The translations under genes and the position numbers were made by a program. The notes beneath the pieces are model-generated. The model saw only the letters and a program-made list of their open reading frames with translations. It was not told the origin of the DNA and did not search any database. A DNA stretch of 64,000 nt from Malacoraja senta (taxonomy: Eukaryota): assembly GCA_038087875.1 (NCBI GenBank), contig JAXLNO010000539.1, positions 1 through 64,000 on the forward strand, written 5' to 3'. This document shows positions 48,468 to 62,029 of this stretch, in pieces. Each line of letters opens with the position of its first letter. Positions within the stretch are counted from its first letter, which is position 1.

Positions 48468-49763
48468 AGAATTGTAAATGGTCCTAGTGTAGGATAGTGC
48501 TAGTGTGGTCAGTGCAGGCTCGGTGGGCTGAAGGGCATGTTTCCACTCTGTGTCTCTAAGGTTTAAAGGAAAGTGATGCCACTTTTATAGAAATAGATTT
48601 GCTAGATTACACAGAAGATGCCATACCAAGAGGCCAACTTGGCCCACCTGGTTGGTGCAGTGGTTACATTACACAAAATATTTTTCCCAGTCATTTACCT
48701 CCACCCATTACTTCCCTCTTGTGTATTTCCTTACAATTCTTTTTTTTAAATGTACCCCTTTTTTTGGTTTTTAGTTTAGAGATACAGCGCGGAAACAGGC
48801 CCTTTGGCCCACCGTGAGTCCGTGCCGACCAGCGATCCCCGAACAGTAACACTATCCTACACAGACCTGTGGAATTCTCTGCCTCAGAGGGCGGTGGAGG
48901 CCGGTTCTCTGATGCTTTCAAGAGAGAGCTAGATAGGGCTCTTAAAGATAGCGGAGTCAGGGGATATGGGGAGAAGGCAGGAATGGGGTACTGATTGGGG
49001 ATGATCAGCCATGATCACATTGAATGGCGGTGCTGGCTCGAAGGGCCGAATGGCCTACTCCTGCACCTATTGTCTATTGTCACACTGGGCACGATGTAGA
49101 ATTATACCATGCCATGAACCTACAAGTGTGCACGTCTTTGGAGTGTGGGAGTAAACCGGAGCACCCGGAGAAAACCCACGCAGGTCACGGGGTGAACATA
49201 CAAACTTTGTAGAGGCGAGCACCCGTGGTCAGGATCGAACCCAGGTCTGGCGCTGTGAGGCAGCAACTCTACCACTGCGCCACCGTTTTCTTTTGTGTCA
49301 ACTAAACTTAGTTTGGTGGTGGGTGTGTGTGGGGGGGGGGGGGGAGTGCTACCAATGCCTGGGACGAAGACTTTCCATTAATGCTGTGCAGAATTTGTAG
49401 CCTGCTCTTTAATTCAACCAACCTTGGGAGAGAGAGAGTTCCACATTCACAACAGCCTCTGAGTAAAGCCTTTCCTCGAATACCTCAGGGGATTTGTTAG
49501 GCGTTCTCTTTCAGCTATGTACTCTGGCATTGGCTCCACCGCCCACACATCCTCGCAAGAGAGCTCTCTTCTGTGTCTGCTGTAGCCAACAGTTCCACAA
49601 GTTTCAACAACAAAAAATTCCCTTCATTCTTCTCTTGGTTAAGGATGTTTAGCCAATTTAGTTTAGTTTAGAGATACAGCGCAGAAGCAGGCCCTTCGGC
49701 CCACCAATTCCGCGCCGACCATCGATCACCCCGTACGCAAGCACTGTGCTACACACACTAGGG

Positions 49764-49972
49764 CAAGGGACCCCAACCTGGGGTAAATGTATCCCATGGG
49801 GTCAAATTTCGTCTACCCAGGGGGTAAATTTGTTGATTCTGGATTTCTCATTGACTGACTGCATTTGGTTCTGGTGTTCATCATTAGTTGTTCATAAATA
49901 AGTGAAATAACATTGTTATGTGCTATTAAAGTTGCCACGGGTAAACGGGACGAAAAAGGTTGGGAACCCGTG
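49764..49972. mobile_element. hAT (Charlie-like) MITE
   Basis: TIRs CAAGGGACCCCAACCT / AGGTTGGGAACCCGTG; 8-bp TSD CACTAGGG (49756-49763, 49973-49980). Confidence 0.88.
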
Positions 49973-50934
49973 CACTAGGGACAGTGTTACAATTTTACCA
50001 AAGCCAATTAACCTACAAACCTGTACGTCTTTGGAGCGTGGGAAGAAACTGGAGCCCCCGGAGAAAAACCCATGCGCTCACAGGGAGAAGGTACAAACTC
50101 AGTACGGGCAGCACCTGTCGTCAGGATCGAGCCCGGGTCTCTGGCGCTGTAAGGCAGCAACTCTACCGCTGCGCCACCGTGCTGCTTAAAGATACAGCGC
50201 GGAAACAGGCCCTTTGGCCCACCGAGTCCGCGCCAACCAGCGATCACCCCGTACACTAGCGCTAGCCTACTCGCTAGAGACAGCTTACAATTTGTACCGA
50301 AGCCAAATTAACCTAAAAAGAGCTGTACATCTTTGGAATGTGGGAGGATATCGGAGCAGCCGGAGAAAGTTGCTGGGGTTAAGAGGAGGGAGTGGGGATT
50401 AGCAGGTTCTTTCATTGTGACTGTCGCAGTAATTGGTCAGAAGGCAAACAGTACAAGCAACCGCACAAAAGGACTCAAGTGGGGGAGTTATATTATTTGG
50501 CAATTCAAAGGCCCTGTGGTGACTATTACTCACAACAGCATATAATTTCCATACACTTGTAATGAAACAATGTCAACTCGCAGCTGCCATAATGGGACAG
50601 AACCCACACACACTGGATTTACTTGTCTAGAAACGTTACCAGTTAATAGTGTTCAAGTGCCCGCCGGGTACAACTTACATGTTGATTCATCTGTAACTGA
50701 GGACTCTGATTTACAGGCTATTCTCTTCCCCCTGGCACAACATAGTTGACACTAAAGAACAGGGACACATTTGGAGACGGGCCATAGACACAAAATGCTG
50801 GAGTAACTCAGCATCTCTGGAGAGAAGGAATGGGCGCGGTTTCTGGTCGAGATCCTTCTTCAGACTTAGGAAGGAACTGCAGATGCTGGTTTGAACCGAA
50901 GATGCTGGAGTTAACAGCGGGTCAGGTAGTATCT

Positions 50935-51374
50935 CCGGTGAGAAGAAGCGTCTGAAGATGATGGACATCAAGTGCTGCTGGAAGGTCATCAACTAGGTGA
51001 AAGACCATCTTTGGTCTGGTTGAATCACGTTGGCCTCCCAGCAGAGAGAGATGTCCGTCGGGGAATGTTGCCGACTGGCCCGCTCCAGACTGCAGGAGTA
51101 CGTGCTGAGGGACTCGCTGAAGCTCGGTGCAGCCAAGGCTCTGTGGGGGGAGGCCCACAGTCTAGGGTCCTTCCGCTGCTTGACATTGGGGCCAGAGTCT
51201 GTTGGGGACACACGCCTCAAACAAGGAAAGGGATATCACCCCCCGAGGGAGTGGGGTTGGGAAGGGGGCATGAGTTGCAAGGGTTTTGTTTAATGATAGG
51301 TGCAAACATTACAGAGTATGGCACTAACGAATGTACAGACGCTAAAAACGTCTGCAGTTAAAAATAAAAAAAAA
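50935..51374 (+). mobile_element. Tx1/L1-type ORF2 3' end with A-rich tail
   Basis: CCWKVI..KDHLWS..ECCRLARSRLQEYVLRD..W; poly-A at ~51360-51374. Confidence 0.65.
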
Positions 51375-51413
51375 TCCCATTAAAGTTTACTTTTGGGAGA
51401 AAAAAAAACTTAC

Positions 51414-51464
51414 ATGTCTGGAGATGAAGCAGGACATGGGACCAATTTCAGTGAAGAGTCCAAC
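51414..51464 (-). CDS. POLR2G: RPB7 exon 4 VGLFTEIGPMSCFISRH
   Basis: 51 nt, ctag / gtaagt. Confidence 0.98.
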
Positions 51465-53682
51465 CTAGGGGGCAAAGAACATAAGAGCATGAGACGTGGG
51501 TGCAGAATTAGGCTACTCCGCCCATCAATTCTGCTCTGAAGAAAGGCACAAGAAGCTGGGGTAACTCAGCGGGTCAGACAGCATCTCTGGAGAATAGGAA
51601 TAGGTGACGTTTCGGGTCACGGTCCTTCTTCAGACCCGAAACATCTGTCCTTTTTCTCTAGAGATGCTGACTGACCCGCTGAGTTCCTCCAGCTTCTTGT
51701 CTATCTCGGTTTAAACCAGCATCTGCAGTTCCTTCCTACACATCAAGTCTGCTCCGCCGTTTGATCATGGCTGATCTATTTTTCCCTCTCAACTCCATTC
51801 ATGTGTCTTCTCCCCGTAACCTTTGACGCCCCTCCTAATCAAGAACCTATAAATCTCCGCTTTAAAAATATCCAATGGCCTGGCCTCCACCGCCGTCTGT
51901 GGCAATGAATTCCACAGATTTGCAACCCTTTAGCTAAAGGAATTCCTCCTCATCTCCATTCTGAAGGTGCGATCTTTATACCCTTGTACATCCTCACTAC
52001 TCGCACCCTTAGGGGCAAGTAATAAATAAATGGAAACTCAGCGATCGCTGTACTGTACCCAGCCTGTCATTGCACCTACATGTCTGATCTTTACTCTTGA
52101 GTTATAACAGGACACTCAATCTCTCTCTAAACTAAACTAAAATATTAACAATTGATCCTTATTCTGGATATTGCAGATACAGTAAGGAATCATTCATTCT
52201 TGGAAGGGCGGCATGGTGGCGCAGGGGTAAAATTGCTGCCTCACAGCGTCAGATCCAGGTTCTATCCTGACTATGGGTGCTGTCTGTACTGAGTTTGTAT
52301 GTTCTCCCTGTGACTGCGTGGGTTTTCTCCAGGTGCTCCGGTTTCCTCCCACACTCCAAAGACAAACAGGTTTGTAGGTTAATTGGCTTCAGTAAAATAG
52401 TAAATTGTCCCTAGTGTGTAGGATGGTGCTGGAGGTTATTGCTGGTCGGTGAGGACACGGTGAGCTGTTTCTGCGCTGCATCTCCAAGTATAGATGTCTA
52501 AAGTACAGATCTTTAACCCGGTGCACAATTGCACATTGAGAAACTGGATTTGAGGGATTCAGGTTGAATTGACTTAGATTGTTTTCTCGAGAATGTTGGA
52601 GGTTGAGGGGAGGCTTGGTAGCAGTATGTAAAAACTCTGAGGCATAGATAGGGTTAGACAGTCAGAACCTTGTTCCCAGGGTGGAACGTCGAACACTGGA
52701 GATAAGGTGAGAGTTTAATGGAGATGTGCGGCGGGGGGAAGTTTTATTTTAATACACGGGGCTTAGTGGGGGCCTGGACCACATTGCCAGGGATAGTGGA
52801 ATTTAAGAGACTTTTAGATAGCACATGGAAGTGCGAGGAACATAAGGATATGAATCAGGTACAAGTAGATGAGATCAGTTTATCTTGGCATCACATTTGG
52901 CACAAACATTGTGGACAAGTGTTCCTTTGCTGGACGTTCTAAACACCAAGCCTCATGAAACAAAGGGGAACAGTATGCATCTGAGCTATTAACCTGGTGT
53001 TAACAATTTCTCTGTCCACAGCGTAATCTAAGCTGCGCAGTATTCCCAGTTAATTTTAGTCTAGATGAGAGATACAGCATGGAAACAGGCCCTTCAGCCC
53101 AAGCCAAGCATCAATCACCTGTTCACACTAGTTCTATGTTATCCCACTTTCTCATCCACTCCCTACGCACTAGGGACAATTAACCTACAAAACCCGCACG
53201 TCGTTTGGATGTGGGAGGACACCAGAGCACCTGGAGGAAACCCACGTGGTCACAGGGCGAACGTGCAGACTCCACACAGGAAAAACCAGAGGACAGGATC
53301 AAACCTGGGTTTCTGGCGCAGTGAGGCAGCTGCTCTACCAGCTGTGCCACTGTACCGCCCCTGATTTTGCATCATTTTCATTTTTAATTACTTAACTCAT
53401 GGGTAAAGCAACTCTTATATAGCCCACATTATCTCCACTGTACACATTAGCGGTGCCTTGCAGGATATTGGGAGGAATGACAGTAGACATAGTTATTTCT
53501 GTGCAAACAATGAATAATGTTGGATTCACGGAGTGGCAGATCACATCCTCTGAACGCCACCACGTACTTTTGGTTTAAACAAAGCCTGATGTAAAAGGAG
53601 GAACGGTGACAGGCATCTGGTCTTCAGATACAAAGTGCTGGAGTAACTCAGCGGGTCAGGCAGCATCTCTGGAGGACATGAA

Positions 53683-54114
53683 TGAGGACTCTCTCGAACT
53701 TCTACAGGTGCACAGTAGAGAGCATGCTGACTGGTTGCATCGTGGCTTGGTTCGGCAACCTGAGCGTCCAGGAGCGGAAAAGAATGCAGAAAGTTGTGAC
53801 CACTGCCCAGTCCATCACCGGCTCTGACCTCCCCACCATCGAAGGGATCTATCGCAGTCGCTGCCTCAAAAAGGCTGCCAGCATCATCAAGGACCCACAC
53901 CATCCTGGCCACGCACTCATCTCCGCTGCCATCAGGTAGAAGGTACAGGAGCCTGAAATCTGGCACATCCATGTTCAGGAACAGCTTCTTCCCCACAGCC
54001 ATCAGGCTATTAAACTCGCCATCAAACAAACTCTGAACTATAACAGCCTGTTGCACTTTAGCTGTTTATTTATGTGTAGATATATATGGTCTATGCTATA
54101 TAGACACACTGAAC
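53683..54114 (+). mobile_element. Rex/Babar 3' fragment (tail resumes at 56235-56345)
   Basis: RTLSNFYRCTVESML..; tail interrupted by the hAT-like element. Confidence 0.88.
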
Positions 54115-55571
54115 CAGGGCTCTCGCTTAACCTTTTTTCCCTGTTGCCAGCCGGGCAACCTTGGCAGCTTTTTAAGTTGCCAAATGACAGTTTAGGTGGT
54201 CATTTAAGATGGCTTGCATGACGCGTGCGATAATGTGCTCGGACAACGTGCGTAGTTACCAGTCGGAATTATACTCAATGAAGCATTCACATATTATTTC
54301 TGCTTCAAATAAAGTCACAAACTAAACATATTCACCAATCAAGACATGATATATCCCACAATGACATGCAGCAAAATTATAAGACAGTATCTCAACTCTT
54401 TTTACACATTGCAATTAATGCAATTTCTATTAGTTCTTTCCACTTCCAAACAAAAATGTGGTTGGATTATTCAGGGTATGATCAACCTGTGTCAATAAAT
54501 CCTGGACTATGGTAACATATATGCGTACGTATAGTTGTGAATGTTGCTCATTAAATAACTACAGTACTGATATTCCATATTAAGAGCATTGATTTGCCGT
54601 TAAAATGAATTCTGTAATAACGTGTCAACGGTAGCAGTGACAATCGAACACTGCGGTTTTAATGTTTCACGTGTTCACAATTTAATTAATCCATCTTTAT
54701 GGATTAAAACAAATAATAACATTGGGAATTAAAACACATTTGATTGCATTCCGTTATCAAACATAGTCAATGAAGACATTTCCAGCACAATAGGGTCAGG
54801 GAGGGGTGTGTGTGTGAATCAGTGCGGGGTGGATAGATGGTGGGGGTGGGGTGGGGGGTTAGAAGGCAGTCGGTGCAGAATGGATGGATTGAGGCAGGTG
54901 AATTAGTACGTGTTGGTTGGAGTAGGTAAAATTGTGAGGGGAGAGCACCGGGGATGTCAGTGGTGTTGAATGGGGGGGTTCAGTACGGGATGGATGGGGT
55001 AGACAAAAGTGCTGGAGAAACTCAGCGGGTGAGGCAGCATCTATGGAGCGAAGGAAATAGGCAACGTTTCGGGTCAAGACCATTCTTCTTGAATGGGAGG
55101 ATCAATACAGGATGGATGGGGGGGGGGGGAGATCAGTGCAGGATGAATGGGGGGGGTCAGTAAAATGTGGATCGGAGGATCTGTGCAGGATGAATGGAGG
55201 ATCACTACAGGACGAATGAGGGGAAGGGGGGGGAAGGTGCAGGGTAAATGGAAGGTGGGTCAGTACGGGATGAATGCGTGGATTAGTACAGGATGGACTG
55301 GGGATCATACAGGATGGATGGAGGAGAAGTGCAGGATGGATGGGAAAGGGGTAAGTACAGGGTGATTTGGGGAACCAGTGTAGGATGGATGGGGGGTGGC
55401 AGGAGAATCAATGCGAGGTGGATAGGGTGATCAACGCAGGATGAATAGATGGGGGGGGGTAGATGGGGAGGGGAGCACAGGGGATGTCAGTGAGGACTGA
55501 ATAGAGGCGGGAATGGGGATCAGTGCTGGATGGAGAGGAGGGGTCCCATGATAAGGGGGTGGAGGGGGCGT

Positions 55572-55617
<46 letters not shown>

Positions 55618-56234
55618 GGGGGTGGCGAGGTGGGGAGGAAGGAAGGTCAGCGCTCCTCGGACAACATCGCCCCGCTGCCTTGGCCGTTGGGAACTCCTCG
55701 CCACCGCCTCCCTCCCCGCCAGCCAACAGCAAGGTGCGGGGCCGGGCGGTGCAGCTCAGAGATCCTATAGCCATAAGATCTTTGGTGCAGCTGCTTCAGA
55801 AGGGTCGGAGCGAATGACGGGGTCTGCACAGCGGCAGCAGCGGCCGCGACTACGGCTCCATCTCCTCCTCCTCCCGACCCCCCTGATAAGGGCCTCTGCT
55901 TGTAAATCCGGTAACTGCGCTTTTAAAACGGAGGAGATGGAGCTGCTGTTCGCGGCCGCTGCTGCCGATGTTCGGGGCCCGTCATTCGCTCCGACCCTTC
56001 CTCACCCCGCACCTAGTATCTTTGCCCCGCACACCCGCCGCCGACACGAAACGTCGCGTTCCTTTTCTCCAGAAATGCTGCCTGACCCGCGTAGTTACTC
56101 CAGTTTTTTGTGTCTATCTTCGGTACGAACCAGTATCTGGTTGCCAAGCCGGGCAAAATGACTCGGTGTTTAGGTTGCCCGGCGGCGCTTTGAGTGGTCA
56201 GTGGCACCCGGGCAACCGCTAATTTCGAGCCCTG
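54115..56234. mobile_element. Non-autonomous hAT-like DNA transposon with 5-bp TSD
   Basis: Ends CAGGGCTC / GAGCCCTG, subterminal CCGGGCAA motifs, TSD TGAAC (54110-54114, 56235-56239). Confidence 0.82.
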
Positions 56235-57059
56235 TGAACTGTTCTGTATTTATCCTTACAATACTCTGTTGTGCTGCAGCAAGCAAGAATTTCATTGTCC
56301 TATCTGGGGTACATGACAATAAACTCTCTTGACTTGACTTGACTAGAAGCAATGTTTTGGCTCGGGGCCCTTCTTCAAACTGATTGTGGTAGAGGGAAGA
56401 AAGCTGGAAGAGAGATAGGGCAGGACAAAGCCATGCACGTAATAGGCAGGCATAAAGCGCTGGAGTAACTCAGCGGGTCAGGCAGCATCTCTGGGGGATA
56501 TGAATATTATATTGGAAAGTCAGCAATTAAGTATTAAGTTTAAAGCTGAGTGATTGGACTGCTGCCAACAGACACAAGCTAATTCTTGCTAAATGTTTAA
56601 GAGCAAAGCCAGAAAAGGCTTCATACTAGACAAAGCTGACAGCTGCTCAATGAAATGTGCCCTGTATTGTGAAGTCATGTTTATTCTCTGTCCCCCTGTA
56701 AATAAACAGAGAAAAAAAATAATAGAACAATCCTTTGTTTAAAAGGTTTGGGCGTTGGCGGCACAACGATACTGCTGCTGCCTCACAGCGCCAGAGACCT
56801 GGGTTCCATCTTGACTATGGGTGCTGTCTGTACGGTATTTGAACGTTCTTCCTGTGACCATGTAGGTTTTCTCTGGGTGCTCCGGTTTCCTCCCACACAG
56901 GTTTGTAGGTTAATTGGCTTCTGCAAATTGCCCCTAGTGTGTAGGATAGTGCTAGCGTATGGGATGAAGGGCCTGTTTCAGCACTGTATCTCTAGGTTCT
57001 AAATGTTTCACGTAACTGCACGCAGGAGCTACGGTGAAATAAATATACCAGGACATTAC

Positions 57060-57219
57060 CTTGTTGACCTGCGTGACCACAGCATCGACAACCTCTCCCT
57101 TAAAGGGGCGGAAAACAATGGCCTTGTACTTGACAGGGTACAGCACAAATCCCCGCCCGGGCTGAATGACGCCTGCACCAATGTTGTCTATGGTAGTGAC
57201 TGCGATGACAAATCCATAC
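57060..57219 (-). CDS. POLR2G: RPB7 exon 3 (K)[53 protein letters not shown]
   Basis: 160 nt, ttgcag / gtaatg. Confidence 0.99.
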
Positions 57220-58699
57220 CTGCAAAATCAAGGAACAAAAACATAATGTTGTAGTCTACAACACGGTTTGGAAGGAGATGGACCAGGTGGGACTAGTATA
57301 GCTGGAACATGTTGGTCAGTGTGGGCTGAAGGGCCTGTTTCCACGCTCTTTATCACTTTATGACGACTCAGCTACAGCACATGAATTGGTCAGATCGATT
57401 AGCAGGCTCAGAATAAAGTCCTATATTCGAACTCAGCGGGTCAGGCAGCATCTCTGGAGGTCATGTGTAAGAAGGAACTGCAGATGCTGGTTTAAAGTGT
57501 AGATAGACACAAAAAGCTGGAGTAACTCAGGGGGACAGGCAGCATTTCTGGAGGTCATGTGTAAGAAGGAACTGCAGATGCTGGTTTAAACTGAAGATAG
57601 ACACAAAAAGCTGGAGTAACTCAGCAGGACAGGCAGCATTTCTGGAGAGAAAGAATTGGTGACTTTTCGGGTCACGATCTCTGAAGAAGGGTCTCGACCC
57701 GATACGTCACCCATTCCTTCTCTCCAGAGATGCTGCCTGACCCGAGTTACTCCAGCTTTTATGTCTATCACTGGAGGTCATGGTCCTATTAGTTCCACTG
57801 TTCGCATCCTTGTACCCTCATCGTTAGCACATCTTCCCCAGTCAGCAATGGGCCATTGTGGGCTCCACCCTTCCTGAGGTCATCTGTTGCCATCCATGTT
57901 TTGTTCTGGCCCTCCCTATATTTCAGTCTGAAGAAGGGTTCCGAACCAAACAGAAACGTCACCTATTCCTGTTCTCCAGAGATGCTGCCTGACCCGCTGA
58001 GGTACTCCAGCATTTTGTGTCTATGGACAGGTGACATTTTGGGTTGGGACCCTTCTCCGGACTTTTTGAGTCTGAAGAAGAGTCCCGGTCTGAAATGCCG
58101 CCTGTTGTGTCTGAAAAAGGGTCCCGACCCCGAAATGTCACCTATTGCATCTGAAGAGAGGTTTGACCCGAAAAGTTGCTTTCCTGTGTCCTCCAGAGAT
58201 GCTGCCCAACCTGCTGAGTGACTCCAACACTTTGTGTTTCTATGCAAGATTCCAGTGGCTGTGTTTCCAAAGTCCTACATTTGTTTGGTTCGATCGGCAG
58301 GCTCGGTAAAAAGCCCACAGAATATAACACAAGCAGTCACAGATTCCCACAGATGAAGCCTATGGCGTTTGTGTTGGCTGTCTGAAAGAGCTATTCCTGC
58401 TCTTCTGCTCTTTCCCTGCCATCTTATAATTAAAAGATGAGCCTCAGGGATTCCCAAAAGTTTGAACAAGTTTTATCCTGTAGATATCTAAATATGGTAA
58501 CCTCATAAAAGACTGGGTGGAACCTTGGATTTTTCAAACATGGAGGACACAAACATTTTAACCTCCATTCCCAATCCCTTACCGACCTTTCTGTCCTGGG
58601 CCTCCACCATTGCCAGAGTGAGGCAACACACAAACTGAAGGAACAGCACCTCATAGAAGCTACCCAAGGCAGCTTACAACCCAACAGAATAAATATTGA

Positions 58700-58883
58700 A
58701 GGCAGACAAAAGTGCTGGAGAAACTCAGCGGGTGCAGCAGCATCTATGGAGCGAAGGAAATAGGCAACGTTTCGGCCCGAAACGTTGCCTATTTCCTTCG
58801 CTCCATAGATGCTGCTGCACCCGCTGAGTTTCTCCAGCACTTTTGTCTACCTTCGATTTTCCAGCATCTGCAGTTCCTTCTTA
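58700..58883. mobile_element. Palindromic Penelope terminal-repeat insertion
   Basis: 72-bp perfect arms (58704-58775 / 58777-58848); flanking duplication AACAGAATAAAYATTGA. Confidence 0.88.
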
Positions 58884-60509
58884 AACAGAATAAACATTGA
58901 AGTCTCCAACTTTACATCAACTCGACAAAACAGCTCCCCATCTTTCCAAACTCTCCCCTCCTCCTCCACCTATATTCCTTCCCCATGCTCCACACTTAGC
59001 TCGTCAATCCTCTAGCGTCACGATTTGCAACTCTCTAATCTTTTTGTCTCACACGTTGTGTGTTCATCTCTGACCTTTGTCCAACTTTCTACCTATCCAA
59101 ACCCCCTGCGCCCAAGCTCATCTACGACCTGCAAGAATTTGACCTGGCTCTCCACTCTTCTAACTTTCTTTCCACCCACCCCTGCAATCAGTCTGAAGGG
59201 CCCCGGCCTGAAACATCACCTATCCGTGTTCTCCAGAAACGCTGCCTGACCCGCTGAGTTTCCCCAGCATTTTGTATTCCCCCCCCCAATAGAAACAGGC
59301 CTTCTGTGGTCATAAATGATATCACCTTTAGTCTTGACTTGACTTTAGACTTTACAGCGCAGACACAGGCCCTTGGCCCACCGTGCCCGCACCAACCAAC
59401 AATCACTCCATACACTAACACTATCCTACACAGCAGGGACAATTTTACCAAAGCCCATTAACCTGCATCTATACCAAGCCAATTAACCTGCAAACCAGCA
59501 TGTCCTCGGAATGTGGAAGGAAACTGGAGCACCCGGAGAACATACAAACTCCATACAGACAGCACCCGTAGCCAGGATCGAACCAGTCTCTGGCGCTGTA
59601 AAGCAGCAACTCGTCCGGCTGCACCACTGGGCCTCCCTGGTAGATGGCCCACGCAAAAGGCTTGCTCAGGCAATGGTCGACACGGATAAAACAGCATTTA
59701 CTACTCGTTCTTGTGGTCCCAAGAGTCACCAGTGTGGTAATGCAAGGGTCAAGTGGGAAAACAGGGAGCCTCCAGCTACCAAAAGGGCAGCGGTCACCTT
59801 TGTGACACAAACTGCACCAGGTCCATTTGCTGTCACGTTCTTCTGTATCTAGGAGTGGTTAGTGAATGCCTGCCACGACCGTGACGAACAAATCCAAGCA
59901 AAACAACAACTAAAAAAAAAATAATAATCACAGGATGGGATTTACACGGGCAGGTTTTATTCCAATTGCAAACTAGTAACCACAATGGAAAAAGTTGTTG
60001 GAAAATAACTGTGACAAAAACAGACACTTTTTCAGCCGAGACAATATATGTTTTGTGCACAACAAGACACAAAGTGCTGGAGTAACTTGATGGGTCAGGC
60101 AGCATCCTTGAAGAACATGGAGAGGTGACATTTCGGATTGGGACCCTTCTTCACATTGAAGAGAAGAAGGCTCCCGCCTCAAAACGTCACCTATCCACGT
60201 TCTCCAGTGAGGTTGCCTGACCCACAGAGTTACTCCAGCACTTTGTGCCTTTCCTTGTTAAACGAGCACCAGCAGTTCCTTGTTTCTATATTTTTTGGGC
60301 AGACACAGTTTTGTATAAGGATTTTAAACCGGAACATAGTGCTGGAGTAACTCAGCAGGTCAGGCAGCATCAGCAGAGGACATGAATAGCTGATGTTTCA
60401 GGTCAAGGCCTTTCTTCAGTTACTCCAGCACTTTGTGTTCAATGCAAGCTCTGTGAGGAATCTGCAGTTTCTTGCACCTCCATTATAAACAGGACTGGTT
60501 GTTCACTCA

Positions 60510-60626
<117 letters not shown>

Positions 60627-60834
60627 TTACAAGGAAAGAAAAACATGGCGAGGTTAAAAATCAATATTTTCAAGGGGCTTCAGAAAGTTTTTAAGACAGC
60701 AAACAAATACACAGTCACACAGGCGGGATTTTCTGGAAGGACTGCATCACCCTTGCTGGGAGGGGAGGAGATGCCAACCTGCCAGAAGTGGTCCACAGAT
60801 TCAAACAGGAATTCCAGATTGTCTTTGCATATGG

Positions 60835-61130
60835 GGCACGGTGGCTCAGCGGGTAGAGCTGCTGCCTAACAACATCAGAGACCCGGGTTCGATCCTGACT
60901 ATGGGGGCTTGGCTGTACGGAGTTTGTACGTTCTCCCCATGACCTGCGTGGGTTTTCTCCGGGATCTCTGGTTTCCTCCCACACTCCAAAGACGTACAGG
61001 TTTGCAGGTTAATCGGCTTGGTATAATTGTAAATTGTCCCCAGTGTGCGTGGGATCGCTGGTCGGCATGGACTCACTGGGCCGAAGGGTCTGTTTATGCA
61101 CTGTATCTCCAAAACAAAATAAACTAAAAC
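60835..61130 (+). mobile_element. Full-length HE1/V-SINE
   Basis: A/B boxes, V-domain, tail. Confidence 0.9.
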
Positions 61131-61536
61131 AGTGGGGGATGGTGGCATTCCTGGAGGTGCCTACAATTCCCAGAGACATTAACCCCTCATGATTCCTCAA
61201 AAATTCTTCAAATTCGGGTGGCATATTCTGGATTTTATGTGAGGATACCGAGACCTAAATAAATAAGCTGCTCTCAGTGATATTAAAGAGCATTATTGCA
61301 GATGGAGTTAATGGTTCTCAACAACGACTCCATCTGTACTTTACGCTGTCTCACAAAAGCAGCTAGCATGATCAAAGACTAGTCCCACCCTGGTCATTCC
61401 TTCTTCTCCCCGTTCACTTCCAGCAGACGATACAGAAGCATGAAATTGCGCTCTACCAAGCTCAGGAACAGTTTCTTGTCTTCCATTATCAGGCTTTTGA
61501 ACGTTACTTCCATAAACTAGGGTACTGTTCGATTCA

Positions 61537-61881
61537 CAGTGCCCTCCATAATGTTTGGGACAAAGACCCGCCATTTATTTATTTGCCCCTGTACTCCACA
61601 ATTTGAGATTTGTAATAGAAAAAAATCACATGTGATTAAAGTGCACATTGTCAGATTTTATTAAAGGGTATTTTTTTATACATTTTGGTTTCACCATGTA
61701 GAAATTACAGCTGTTTATTCATAGTCCCCCCACTTCAGGGCACCATAATGTTTGGGACACACAGCTTCACAGGTGTAATTGCTCAGGTGTGTTTAATTGC
61801 CTCCTTAATGCAGGTATAGGAGAGCTCTCAGCATCCAGTCTTTCCATCACCTTTGGAAACTTTTATTGCTGTTTATCAACA
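61537..61881 (+). mobile_element. Tc1-like transposon left end (IR/DR type), truncated
   Basis: Starts CAGTG; direct repeat CCATAATGTTTGGGACA at ~61546 and ~61743. Confidence 0.75.
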
Positions 61882-61998
61882 GCAGACTGGAGTCAGGCTG
61901 TGAAGTGTTGGTTGGGGAGGGGGGTACCAGGGTTAAGTTTCTGTTTATCGAACCAGCAGTAGAACTCGTTCAGATCGTTGCTCAGCTGACGATTGTTC

Positions 61999-62029
<31 letters not shown>

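Noticed and set aside
55523..56161. 212-aa ORF as a transposase or gene
   Set aside because: Low complexity, crosses a GA repeat and a Penelope piece, no catalytic motifs
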